From the human T2T-CHM13v2.0 reference genome, Homo sapiens: 64,000 bases of DNA. The position numbers and the translations under genes are program-made. This document shows positions 40,864-53,819 of the stretch, piece after piece. The DNA is taken from assembly GCF_009914755.1 (NCBI RefSeq), contig NC_060927.1; one strand, 5' to 3'. The first letter of the stretch is position 1; every line of letters starts with the position of its first letter. The notes beneath the pieces were generated by a model, which searched no databases, had not been told where the DNA came from, and was given only the letters and a program-made list of their open reading frames with translations.

Positions 40864-43653
40864 AAAAAAAGAAAGAAAAAAAAAAGGAAGTATACCAGTA
40901 CCACAACCGAGGAATACAGGGAATCCTGAGCAAGCGGTATTATGAGGAGGCTGCTGGAGACTCGGTACTCTTGGAAAGGTTGTTATGAGATGGCTTAGGG
41001 TATAACAATTTAAGCTTTACTATGTGTACCACTTTATTGAAATTGCATTTTTAATCACAATGATTGTAGTTAAAGCATTCTAAGTGTGTACTGATAGTAA
41101 TCAAATTATTCTAAGTTGTAAAAAACTTGTAGAAAATAATGTAGACAAAATTTAACCTAGGAAAATTTCCAAACTAATTTTAGTGGTATAGGTGAGAAGC
41201 TGGTCAGTCGGTCAGCACGAGTAAAGAATGAAGTAACACTCTGAATTTATCCACATATATCATGGATCTTTAAGAAAATTCACATAGAGATATTCAAAAC
41301 AAATTATTTAAAGATCACTAGTGAGCAAACAAATGAAAACATTCTGGTTTTACTCATAAAAAGTGGTAGCTGTATGATAGTGTTTGGCTGATAAGAGTAT
41401 TAGAATGCTGAACATCCTCTATAGAAAATTGCACATATTCTTAACCTAGTAACAATAAAAGATGATGAGGAATGTCAACTCAGATTTAAAAACGAATCCT
41501 TACTTCCAAAAGTGAGAGACAAATAATAAATTAATGTTCATTCTATGGAAATGAAATTGAGATTCAAGTAGACCATGTATTTGATAAGAGCCCCAAATTA
41601 AAGCTGTATAGTTCAAGACTATAAAATGCTGTTATGTCTAATCACCCCCCAAATTATAATACCTCTTTTGTCAAGTAATGAAAACTTGATATAGAAAAGG
41701 ATACATCAGGCCGTTGTGGTTTTAGAAATCAAACAATATTTTCTGAGAATTGTTCTGAGCTAAAACAATAACAAAACCTCAGACTTTGGATTTGAAAGGG
41801 TTTACCTTAGTAGTCTGTTTAATTTATTTTTTAAACTTATTGCTGACCACAATCTGCCCATCTGTGTCACATTATAAAATATATTCTAAGTCTACAGTCT
41901 AATTGGGAATATAACTTTAGGAACATGGGAACTTTAGGGAAAAAGAAACTTTCTTGACAAGGTTGTATTTAAGCATTCTTTACTCAACTGACATAATCAA
42001 ATTATTCTGATAAAAATGAAAATATAGTAATTTTTGGATTATAGTTTCATGTTTCTATGAAAAACAGTTTGATCTTAGTGATGAATTTTGTACTTTCTGA
42101 CCTCCAATGTGATGTTAATGTGAACAGATCTGGGCAAACTAAATTCTGCTTCTGTTCCTTGGGGAGAGTTTTACAATCTTTGCAATTATCAGTGCCATGG
42201 CTGTACATGATCACAATCTCAATATTTTCAGTGTTATAGACTTAATATATAATTCTTTTACTGTCCATGAAAACACCATTGTGAGCAGTTTGTTCATCTA
42301 ATGAATCTCTTTCAATTTCTCTATTGACAAATGTGTTCTTTTGAAGGTTGTATCCCTTGCTTAAAGTCACCTCCAGCTATAAATTATTTTTTAAAACATC
42401 AAGAACTCAGTTGTGTCTGAACAGATGACTTTTTGGATTTTCCTTTACCTGATTGCTTAACATCACCCAGGTTTAGGTATTATTTTTAGCATATTGCCTA
42501 TACCAGTTGTTTTCAAATTAGCATAAGCAGTCTACTGAAATGGTTATGTGCACACACACACATACACATACAGAGTACTGTTTCTATGTTCCAGATTGAA
42601 TTGTTCATGGAACTACGATATAGAAATCACGGGAGAGGTCCTCTTGTACTTCCTTTTGAACTTTTCTGAGACCTCAGAGCAATTAAGGTTCCTCACACAA
42701 CAGTTTGAAAACTTCCTTTATCATTATACTGTTTGGTAAAAATTCTTTTGAAAGAAATAAAATGGTAGCCATATTTTTACATACAATAGTTCCAGAATAT
42801 TCTGCCAAACTTCTAAGAATAATTTAAAAGTAGATTTAAATCCTATTCCTTCTTTTTAACACCCTGACTTTGTTTTGCTCTCAATTAAGATTTTTTAGAG
42901 TTTCTCCAAAACTCCTTTTAGAAATAAGCGAAATCCTATTAGAAGCATGTGAAATATTTATATGGGGTCATTATTATAGGTCAAAACCACCCAGTTTTCC
43001 TGAAAAGAAGTACACAAGCACTCCAGCAATTTCCACTGTTATTTTATCTAACTCCTCTCAGCTCCCTTTTCCCCTGTCTTCTTTTTTCTTATGCTATATT
43101 AAGTACCTTACCTTTTCTGCAAGTCTCTCACCAGGATGCTTTGCAGATAAAATTTCCCTTTTGGGTAAAATGGGACAGATGAGAAGTAGGTTTTGGTGGT
43201 ACATAACTTTAATAGACACTAGGACTTTTTACATAGTGCCCTCTTATCATTCTTCTTTTTTTCAATATCTCCTCAACTATATTTTGAAACAGTGATATGC
43301 TCCTTCTAGTATTGTAAGTATTGCTTGTTTTTTGATTCTTTGCTATTACTTCCTTAATGATAAAATTCTTCCCTACTTACAGTTCTATTTTTGAGATTTT
43401 GGCCTTCAACACTATAGGATTTTTGTAGCGTACTCCATATTTGAAAATAATTTTCTTTATATTTTCAACTTCTTACATGTAAAGACTGATGGTTCTTCAT
43501 TTATTGTCGGAGATCTCTGCTTCTTGAGTTACCTTGACTTGATAATATATCTTGATATGTTAGTCATTTATAATGTATCTGAATGTTTCTTTGCTATGGT
43601 AAAATATATGATAGTGCTTTCATTTAATATTTATTGTATTTTATTAATTAGGA

Positions 43654-44012
43654 TGTTGTGGACGGAATGTATTTCCCCAAAACCTCATATGTGGAAATCG
43701 GATTCTCAGTGTGATGATATTTGGAGGTGGGGCCTTTAAGAGGTAATTAGGTCATGAAGAAATGAACTCTCATGAATGGGATTAGTGCCCTCATAAAAGA
43801 GGCTCCAGAATGCTTCCTTGTCCCATCTGCCTTGTGAGGATACAAGAAGGTAGCCATTTATGAACAAGGAAGCAGGCCCTCACCAAATACCGAATATGCC
43901 AGTGCCTCGATCTTGTGCTTCTCAGCCTCCCGAACTGTGAAATACACATTTTTGTTGTTTATAAGCCACCCAGCCTATGATATTTTTATTATAGCTAAAA
44001 CAGACTAAGATA
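43654..44012 (+). mobile_element. MLT1A0 MaLR solo LTR
   Basis: 'tttggaggtggggcctttaagaggtaattaggtcatg...gttgtttataagccacccagcctatg...cagactaagata'. Confidence 0.88.
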
Positions 44013-44424
44013 AAGGGTGATTTGAAAAATAAAGTGTGAATTATGTCTTTGATTCTTTAAATCAGTTTCTGTCTTGTTCTATTTTTGGTCAATTCCTATT
44101 TTATAGAAATAGTATTAGGCCAAAGAGAGGACTAAATATGAAAATGCTTTCAAAGATTTCAAAGAAAGGCATATAATAAACACCAAATAGTATAATAACT
44201 ATTAGTATCCCCATTATTAATGTTGTTATTTTCTTCATGATGAGCAGAGCAAAATCATTATTAAAAACTGAGCTGTGAGTGTTTTTTGCATTTTAATCTT
44301 TCTGGCAATTTTCTTACCTAGCTTAAAAAGATGACACTGACAGCTAAGTCAATTGTTTTTTTCTCCCAACTTGGACGTTCTTCTATTTGAGTCCCTTTGT
44401 ATACACAAAGAAGGATTCAGTTCA

Positions 44425-44620
44425 AAGGAGAAGAGTCCTAGTTTTCAAGTGACATTCTTGAGCTCTATTCTAGGCAGTACCCTTTGCTGGAGTTTTCCCT
44501 TGAACTAATCACTTAACATTTTACATTTACTTTCATCACCATAAAATATGGTTAATAAACTTCCTAGATGATTGTGACAATCATTAAATGAAAAGGTATA
44601 TGTAATGGGCACTTTAGATC
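44425..44620 (+). mobile_element. MIR (old)
   Basis: 'aatcacttaac...cataaaatatgg...gattgtgacaatcattaaatga...gcacttt'. Confidence 0.55.
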
Positions 44621-44639
44621 CTCTTCCTGTATTTCAGTA

Positions 44640-44825
44640 CTGAGCAATTGTACCCATCCCTCAGTGCTGATTGTTGGCTGCTGATAGCTCACAGCTGCTC
44701 CCTTCTCTAAAAGTTGCCATTGACTGGGAGCTACTAGGTCAGTTATGTGACTCGCCGACCCCTGGAGAATTCCATGGCCATTGATGGACTAATATGAGAG
44801 GTTCAAAAGGTCAGACCCCTTCCTT
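44640..44825. mobile_element. LTR16-like (ERVL) fragment
   Basis: 'gctgctgatagctcacagctgctcccttctc...gggagctac...caaaaggtcagacccctt'. Confidence 0.55.
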
Positions 44826-44924
44826 TTTAAGTATACTAATGAGGCAAAATGTTTGTTTACTAAAAAAATTAAAACTACCGTTGACTTAAAAGGTGTATTT
44901 GAACAAACTAGATGGTAAATTTCT

Positions 44925-47390
44925 TATCCAAATTTATTAAAGCACTTACTATGATTCATATCTATGCTATTTGCTAAGAAGAAAATGATAATACAAACAT
45001 GGTCTTTGCCTTTAAGGACCTTATATTTCAACGTGGGAAGTATGCACATACACACAAATACAAACATACTTATATACAAATCACATTAACTCTTGGAAAT
45101 TTCTATGACTTATAAAACAGAGGATAACTAGAGGTCTAAACTTAGGGTAGTCAAGAAAGACTTAACTTTAAGTAGATGGCGGTTTGACTGAAACCTGAAC
45201 AAACATGAAAGGGCTACTAATAAAGTACAACAGCAGAGAGAATATCATCATATGCAGTCTTTTAGGCAGGATATGTTTGACATTTGCAAGAGAATACTGA
45301 TGTGTCAGCAGTATAGTGAGTAAAGGTGATTGAGGGAAGAGATAAAGTTGAAAAGAAAGGTAAGATCACACAAGATTAAATGCCATACTAGAGAGTTTGA
45401 GTTTTGCTCTACATGCAGTGGGAAAACACTAAAGGATCATAAATGCTGAGAGTGGAAGGTGATATAATTTGAAAAGAGGAGAGCGGATCATAAGAGGAAA
45501 GAAAGGAAGCAGGAAACAATCTGTTGTCACATACTGGTTGACACGTCATACTGGACAGAATAAAGGCAGTGACATACAAGAGGATATATGTCTAAGCTAA
45601 TATTTGCAGATGATTCAATGTGGTAATTCAGGGCATGGAAAATAATGTTTGCAGAAGCATTGAATGTTGGGTAAGAGGAGAAAGTGTGATAAAACAAGGG
45701 TATGATGGCAAAAGATAGTGAAAAACTAGGAAAAAATGAGTTTCATTGTGAGCATGTTAAATATGAAATTGTAGTGAGGCATTTATTTATTTATTTATTC
45801 ATTGAGAGTACCAAACATGTTTAAGGATTGCAATTTTTTATTGATACATAATGTATATATTTTGAGAGTACATGAGATATGTTTATACATTCATATAATG
45901 TACAAATATCAACTCAGAGTAATTGGGATATCCTTCATGTTAAATATTTATCTTTTCGTTATGCTAGGAACATTCAAATTATTCTCATCTAGCTATGTTG
46001 AAATGCATAATATATTATTGTTAACTATAATAATCCTGCTGCTCTTTTGAACACTAAGTCTTATTTCTTTTATCACAGTGTTTGTTGTTGCAGATTAATC
46101 AATCCCTCTTCATCCTTTCCCCCCCCATGCTTCCTGGACTGTGGTAACCACCAGTCCATTCTCTGTCTTCGTGAAGTCCAATTTTTACACTTCAAATTAT
46201 TAGTGAAAACATGCAATATTTGTCTATCTGTGCTTGGCTTATTTCACTTACCATAGTGACCTACAGTTCCATCCATGTTGCGGCAAATGACATGATTTTA
46301 TGTATTTTTATGGCTGAATAATAGTCTATTGTGTATATGTGACACATTTTCTTTATCCATTCATTCACTGATAGGCAATGAGGTTGCTTCCATATCTGAT
46401 TTAAAGAGCAGAGTTTTCAGGACTAAGCGTGGTAGTCCCATCATCCCCCTTTGTCTCTGGCTGTCCTCGGGAATATTTGTCTCTTCAGACACTTGCAGTG
46501 CTTTCTTTGGGTGTAGGCAGGGACCAGACTCCTGTCAGGGAGCCCAGTGGGGAAGCTGGTTGTCTACTTCAGTCTTACTTTTTTTCCAGTGTGGAAATTG
46601 TGAGTCGGGGGGAAATGTTCCACCTGCTAGGTGTCAGGCAGATTGGAGGGAAGGGCATCGCAGATATGGAAGTCTGATTTCCTTCCTGTGTGTTCAGAGT
46701 TTTTTCACTTTTCTGTAGCCCCAGGAACTCTCTTCTTCAAATTTGACTCTCAGATATTTCTGGTGATAATCTAGGCACTGTATATTCGGTTTTGGTTTTC
46801 TGTGCAGGGGATTGAAGCCAACTTGCTTTCTTGCTGCCATTTTGAAACTGGAAAATGTCTGCAGTGAGACATTTAAAGGAGTTGTACCTAACAGCCTAAA
46901 TGGGCTGGAAATGTTTATCTTATTATCAACAACATAGACAAAATATGGCAATGGATGTGCTCAGTTAGGGAGGGCAGGAAAACAAGAAGGCCTAAGACTC
47001 AACATATAAGTTGGCAAACTGTAAACATTTAGGAAGAAGGAGACTAGAAAGAGGAAGTTAATAAAGGAGAGAAAATGATAGTGTAGGAAGTATGAAGGGA
47101 GAAAAACAGTTTAAACATGTTCAGCTACATAGAATGCTGCAAAAAATGTGAGTTAAAATGAAATTTGAGAGTGGTTCATCGGAATTTCAATTTATAGAAT
47201 TCAGATGACTTTAAAATATAATTTGGAGAGTGGTAGACATAAGCCTGTTGGAGTAGATTGAAGAATGAATGGGAAATGAAGAAGTAAATTAGCATCCATA
47301 GAAAAATTATGTAGAAGAGATATAGTTAGTTGGAATAGATTATGAGAGTCATGGAACTTTTTTTTTTAATTGGGAGAAAGTGGAATATTA
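44925..47390 (-). mobile_element. Long decayed L2, interrupted by L1MA
   Basis: Antisense L2 3' end 'atttattaaagcacttactatg...catggtctttgcctttaagg'. Purine-rich L2 body continues after 46860. Confidence 0.7.
45786..46859 (-). mobile_element. L1MA(4/5-like) with its 5'UTR fused to its 3' end (internally deleted or spliced)
   Basis: 5' start is the reverse complement of 'gacattttccagtttcaaaatggc'. Junction at ~46396; L1MA 3'UTR at 45834-46395. TSD tgtagtgaggcattta (45770-45785) / tgcagtgagacattta (46860-46875). Confidence 0.82.
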
Positions 47391-48822
47391 TGAGTATATG
47401 TAGTTTTGTTTTATTTTTAAAATATCTTAATTTGGGGCATTTTACTTTTAGCTTGTAATTTCAAATATTCTGGAGAAATAAGATGGTTTTTCAATGAATG
47501 TTTATGTAAAATTTACATGTATTCGGCAGTAAAGAGTTTGAAAACTGACAATTGTTTGCCACAAGTTTACAGCTTTTAATCCTGATGTTTTGTTACAGCA
47601 AGGGGACACTTCGAAGTAAGTTGTTAGGCAGTAAGTCCTTGTAATATAATTGGACACTGAGCAAATTGCAGTCTCAAAGCCAGCCCTCGTAACCTTTATA
47701 CTACTAAGTTCAATAAAAGTGCAGAAGACAATGAAGAAGAAACATGACTCAGAACTGAGAAAAATAACTGAACAACTTAAAACTGGACCTATCATCCTGT
47801 TGTTTGAGACATACTATTGACTCCAGTAAGAAAACTGGTAGTTAAATTGAGTGAGAATCATACCTGCTAATTATAATAATGATAATTATTAATGATAAAA
47901 TAATGATTATTATAATGATTAATTATAATAATGATAGTAATTTTGCTATTTATTACAAATACTTATATTTATCAGCACTCAATTATTGATGTCCACTTGG
48001 AATCCTGGATTTAAGCATTCTTAACTGTTATTGCCTTTATTTTAAATAAATTTTAGATACTTTCCCTGTGTGTCTTAAGTCTCAAGTATGGAGAGACACT
48101 GAAATATATTCAGCATAAAAGAGTTAGTATTATAAAATGGGTTTTCTGAGAAGGACTTTGAATTAATATCCTAAATATAGATCATGTTTCATAACATAAA
48201 ACAACTTCATTATATCTGAGATTTCATATCAAAATCGGTTTTAAAAGTGAGAAACAAACAAAAGATAATAGATCTTTATTAAGGTGTGTAAGCCATTTTC
48301 AATTTATCATGGCCTTTGGTCTTAAGGATAGAAAAGCTTATTATGAATTCTTCATGCTGTGGGAACTTGAATTCCTTGGAGTGTTTTCTATATTATTATT
48401 TCAACTCTCTTTCTCTGATCAATCCAAATTGATTTTAACATAGCTATAATGATCCAAGCATTCATATTCTCCCTAGAGATGATTCCTGAAATAAAATAGT
48501 TTTATTCTTTGGCTATGTCAAATTCTTCAGAGATAATTTATTTCATAATCTGCAACAGCAAAGCAATGATGCAGTTGTTTACCATGGAGTGAGGAAATTA
48601 ACCATTTGCCCTCTTCTTTTACTATGTATGCCCATAGATTCAAAATTTTACATATCAGTGGTAAAAATATTGTTAATTCTGATGTTTAGAATTTAATACT
48701 GACACTTTTAAAGGGAATGTAACACCAAAGGACCTATTTACTCAAAAATTATAGGAATCTTTACCCTTATCCAGACAATCTTTTTCATTTATTTTCTTCC
48801 TCCCTAGGTACTTATTTCTACT

Positions 48823-48888
48823 TTTGCTTGTTTATAAAAGTTTGAGATGAATTAGTTTGCTTGTTTATAAAAGTTTGAGATGAATTAG
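48823..48888. repeat. Perfect 33-bp tandem duplication
   Basis: tttgcttgtttataaaagtttgagatgaattag x2. Confidence 0.95.
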
Positions 48889-49401
48889 CGTACTGTTTGT
48901 AGTTTTTGTTTTTCTTTTGTTTTCTTTCCTCTGTACTAACAGTCCTAGTCAAAAACAACGAAATCAATTATTCCAACTCTGTGGGGTCAGTTTTCTCAGT
49001 CTTCCTGTGCATTCTCACAGCATTACAGATACACCTTTTTTTAGAGCATTTATCCCCTACTTTCATATGTAATTGCCACTTGACCATTTATTTATCCCTT
49101 GAAATCAGATATCTTTCCTGGTTTTGCCAGTCCTTGTCCCTCTGATTTAAAGCCTGGAGTGTATAGATGGAACTGAAAATTTGGGGTCTATTGGACATTA
49201 TTCCTGGAAGCACTGACTGCTGTCTTGTAATGCTGTAAGGTGAATTGTGTCATTTAGGAGAATTTTGCCCTGTTATAACTCAGATACAAACCTCCTATGA
49301 AAGGGTGTCCTTTCTATGACTGCCTGCTCCAAAATCCACATATTTATGTTTGACTGTATTTCAATCCAGATGTTTGCCTTTTTAATTACTGAGTTGGTAC
49401 C

Positions 49402-49784
49402 TATACCAACCTGTAGTCTATTCTCACATCGCTATTAAAAGACTACCTGAGACTGGGTAATTTATAAAGAAAAGAGGGTTAATTTACTCACACTTCCTCA
49501 GGAAGCATAGCTGGGAGGCCTTAGGAAACGTACAGTCATGGCAGAAGGTGAAGGGGAAGCAGGAAAGTCTTATATGGCCAGAGAAAAAGGGAGAGAGAGT
49601 GAAGGGAGAGGGCTACACACTTTTAAACAACCGGATCTCCTGAGAACTCACTCACTATCATGCGAACAGCAAGGGGAAAATCCTCCCCAGTGATCTAATC
49701 ACCTCCCCTTAGGCCCCTCCTCCAACACTACAAATTACAATTCAACATAAGATTTGGGTAGGGACACAAATCCAAACCATGTCA
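49402..49784 (-). mobile_element. MSTA-type MaLR solo LTR
   Basis: 'tacctgagactgggtaatttataaagaaaagag...gatttgggtagggacacaaatccaaaccatgtca'. TSD gtacc at 49397-49401 and 49785-49789. Confidence 0.9.
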
Positions 49785-49894
49785 GTACCTGATACCTCAG
49801 TGAGACAAACCTTAATGGCCTTGGTCCTAGAGATATGTCATAGTTGTCCAGGGTATAATATCAAAGATCTGGATCCCATTCCTGAGGTAGTGTG

Positions 49895-50305
49895 TGATAA
49901 TGTTTGCATATTTGTCTCCGCCCAAATCTTATGTTGAATTGTAATCCTCAGTGCTAGAACTGGGGCCTGGTAGGAGGTGATTGGGTCCTGGGGGTGGATC
50001 CCTTATTAATGGCTTAATGCCGACTTCATGATAGTTCTTAGGAGATCTGGTCGTTTAAAAGTATGTGGCACCCTCTCCCACTTGTGCTCTCTCCCTTTTT
50101 CCTGCTTTTGCTGTTACGTGCCTGCTTCCCCTGCACCTTCCACTATGATTTTAAGCTTCCAGAGGCCTCATCAGAAGCTGAGCAGATGCCCAGGCTCATG
50201 CTTCCTGTACAGCCTGCAGAACTGTTAGCCAATTAAATTTATTTTCTTTATAAATTACCCAGTCTCAGGTATTTCTTTCTAGCAATGCAAAAATGCCCTC
50301 ATACA
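49895..50305 (+). mobile_element. MSTB/MSTA-type MaLR solo LTR
   Basis: 'tgataatgtttgcatatttgtctccgcccaaatc...aaattacccagtctcaggtatttc...ataca'. Perfect TSD gtgtg at 49890-49894 and 50306-50310. Confidence 0.9.
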
Positions 50306-51849
50306 GTGTGGTTCTTATCTCAGCCCAAATTATTGAAATTTTGAGCACCTAACTCTTTGAAAAGGATTGTACCTATTGCTAATATTTGTTACACATCTCT
50401 ATGTCTCAGGACTCTCTTAGGACTCAATGCTCGGTGCTCGCCTCCCTGTAGATCTAGCCGTGGTTCCAACCATTAGAGAACTCCCCTGCTTTCGCTATAG
50501 CAGGCAAGGTTACTCAGCAGGAGGGGCTGTGGACTTTTTGAATCTCTCACTAGGCTATGAGTAGAAGAGCATACACTTAGCTCCATCCATATCAGAGCAA
50601 GAAGATCAGACATACTGCCCCATGTATAAACAGTTCAAAATAAAATCTTGACCACCACCTAACCACTCACATTCTCTGCAGCAGGCAGTCTAGAACCTGT
50701 TGTGGTGACTTGGCCCAGCACTGTAGCTCCCTGCCAGCTTGATCTCATCAGGTGAGCCCTTAGAGCAGACTAGGTAGCAGAAAGGTAGCCTTAATAACAG
50801 AGTGGCAAAGTGAAGCAACTGTCTTATTGCAAACCACTGACTCATATAAGTAATTCTCTGATCTTGTATTTTATCTTTTTTGTTTAATCCTATCATTCCT
50901 TTTTTCCCCCAGGAAAGAAAGTCTGAACTTTAATGCTTTGTTTTTGAAATCCCTAAATATGTGGAAATTGACTCAGCGGTCTTCCCTTCTGTATTTCCTG
51001 AACCAAAGGAAAGACAGCTAAGGCCTCAGTCCTAATATAGGACCAGAGAGAAGATGTAATATCTCAGTGGTAGCTCCACACACAGACCAACTCTCCCTTG
51101 ATAGGGACAGGTAGTCAGCTGTATATATCCAAACCTGAGCTGCCCATTCTCTCTTTCTGGAACTTTATAAGGCCACATGTCCCAGAAAGGTACCTTAATC
51201 CTCTGAGCAGGAATATAATGGACACTTGGAAAACATCAGTGGGTCACTTCATGTATCAGGAACCCTGGAAAACCTTGCCAAGAATAAGGGCATTTTCTAT
51301 GCTGATGCTCTTTAGGAAATACTAAGAGAACACTAACGGATCTTGTACCAAACTGCAGAAGCAGCAGTGTTGTGGACCTTTTCAAAGCAGGCTCCACAGC
51401 TGGATCACTTCACTTCCACCCTCCCACCCTGAGTGAGCTGCGTAATCTTTAGTTAGGGCTTTTGCTTGTCTGATTCCTCAGTGATCATTGCCTTTTCTAA
51501 TACTAGCCAAGATAGGAAGCATCTAAAATTTAGCAAGTATAAAAACCAAAATATTTATTTTAAGATCTATAGAGATGTTTCCCAGTCTTTTGAATATATT
51601 GTCATACAAAGAAATATATCTGTTCAGCACACTGAGGTCCTAATGCCTCTATTTATTGCTACAAGTGATTGACCCCCAGGGCTGCCCCAGACCCTGCCCA
51701 AAAGCCCTGATGGCTGAAGGAATTTGTCCACACTGGTTGGAAATCCCAAATATATGCAGAACTAAAATGTTTAGCAGGGCACTCATGGTTCTTCATAGAC
51801 TATTTTCCTACATCATCTCTCTCTATTTCTCCAATGTATGGCCTTTCAG

Positions 51850-52380
51850 CCAATGGATGATCTCCATACAGTCAGTAGAGTTTTATCCTTCATACATGTA
51901 CAGATGATGCTTTCCAAACCTAGAATACCTGCTCAGGCTTTCTACATGTGACAAAGTCCTTTTTATGTTTTAGGATTCAGCCAAATATTATAATCTATTT
52001 TTGCAGAAAGATTTAGGCATTTTTTTCTTCTGTGTTTCTTTAGCATCTTGTTTATAACACAGCTTTATAATATTTCACATTGGATGTAATTATTTCTGCA
52101 TTAATCAAACACTCCAAGCAAGAAAATGAAATTAACTTTTGACTAATCAACCTGTATATACCAGGTATGATGCTTTGTGCTTTTACAGACATGATTGCCT
52201 TTAACCCTCTATGTTGTGTAAGGCAGGAAGGCTCAAAACCATTTTTGCATAAGAAAATGATAGTTAGAATTATCCTACAACTTTCTTAAGGTGAAACATC
52301 TGATAAGTGATGAGGAATGAATTGCTATTAATGTTCTCAGATTTTACCAACCATGTCCTTCTCATTTGCCTGGTTCTTTA
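51850..52380. mobile_element. L2 (+) and MIR (-) fragments
   Basis: 'cctagaatacc...ttttaggattcagcc' and 'ccatttttgcataagaaaatga...cttaaggtgaaacatctgataagtg'. Confidence 0.5.
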
Positions 52381-53819
52381 AAACCTGGCCTAACATAAAG
52401 ATACCCATCAAAATGTTTAACTAATAAAAGAGGGAAGGAACAAAATAACAAAGGGAAGAAAGGAAACATTGAAGGAGAGGATAAAAAATAAAGGGATCAA
52501 TTAACCAAACAACTATGTTCTAGGAAAAAAAAAAATCTCTGGATTTGTATGCGGGACACCGACTCAATTGGCTTCTGACTTTCAAATAATAATTGAACTG
52601 TACATTAGAATACAGAGATATAGTAAATGGAATGAAAAAAGTGGAGGTAAACTATAAAAACTTGGTCACCAACTTTTTTTAAAACAAAGTATATGCATTA
52701 AGATAAATACAAAGAACTTTGTTTAACTCAAATAAAAATCTGTCTTTAGAAAGTCTAAGGAAAAGAACTCTTCTCATATGGATAAATTAGTAGAAGAAAA
52801 CTTTATTGTGAAGTATTATATCAATTTGAATGTTTAAATTCAAATATGTAGTTATTGATTTATTTTAATATCTGGTATTCTATGAGACACTTTGAACTTA
52901 GTCTGTAGTTAAATATGGATGCAAATATTTTAATAAACTGTGCCGTTTTTAAGACTTTAAGTGATATTTGGTGATCTAAAATATCATCTAGTAAAGATAA
53001 AATTCAGTAATGTATAGTTAAAAAACATAGTTTCTCTTTCTCAAATCTAGCATGTTAAAGAAAATATCTGATACTGGTATTTTGTATCATTATATAGTTC
53101 AGTCAAGATTATCTCCCTGACAGATGGCTACATGCAAAGCTAATTGCAATATGATTAAGAAGGATCGGTATGTCACAAAATGATAAAATTGCCGTAAATA
53201 GCATAGAGCAAAAATCACGTAATCAACACTTATCTGACATAGTCTTTTTATGAAGCGTACAAATCTCTAAACTGCTTTACTCATTTCATTTTTTTTCTTT
53301 CCTTCCTGGGAAAGAAAGAAAATTGTTCTTTCTTTCAATAGAAAGAAAGGTTGATTGTTCCTTTTCTAAGTAAAAAGAAAGCTAGTTAAATACTCAAAAG
53401 AAATCATCATAAGTTACACAAAAATAGATAAATCTCAGAAACTGAAATAAGTAATTTCATTGCTTTGGAAATTTTATAAAATATAGTGAAAACTACCAAT
53501 TCCTCATAGTCCCGTTACACAGAGACAACATACTTTGTACGTTTTTTGAAAAGTAGTGATTTTAAAATGATTATGTGTTTGTCAGCAATGTTTGACCACT
53601 GCCCTTCTTGAAATGGTGGGTACATATGTAGGTATGTGGGTACATATCATGGTGAGATTTTGTCGCCATTCTTTTTTATTTATTTCATTTTCACAATATA
53701 ATAAGAAGCAAAGTAACCAGCTGAGAGTGTTGGAAGGTGGAAATATTGAACATTTGAAATCATAGTGTAAAACAGATAGCCAGGAGTCTGGAAATGAATG
53801 TTCTAGGGAGGTATTAAAG

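Noticed and set aside
42870-43295. 141-aa ORF
   Set aside because: TTG start, F/L/S-rich composition typical of T-rich non-coding DNA, and no motif.
48780-50915. Isolated strong acceptor-like tracts (~48807, ~50912)
   Set aside because: No paired donors or open frames; such tracts are common in T-rich DNA.
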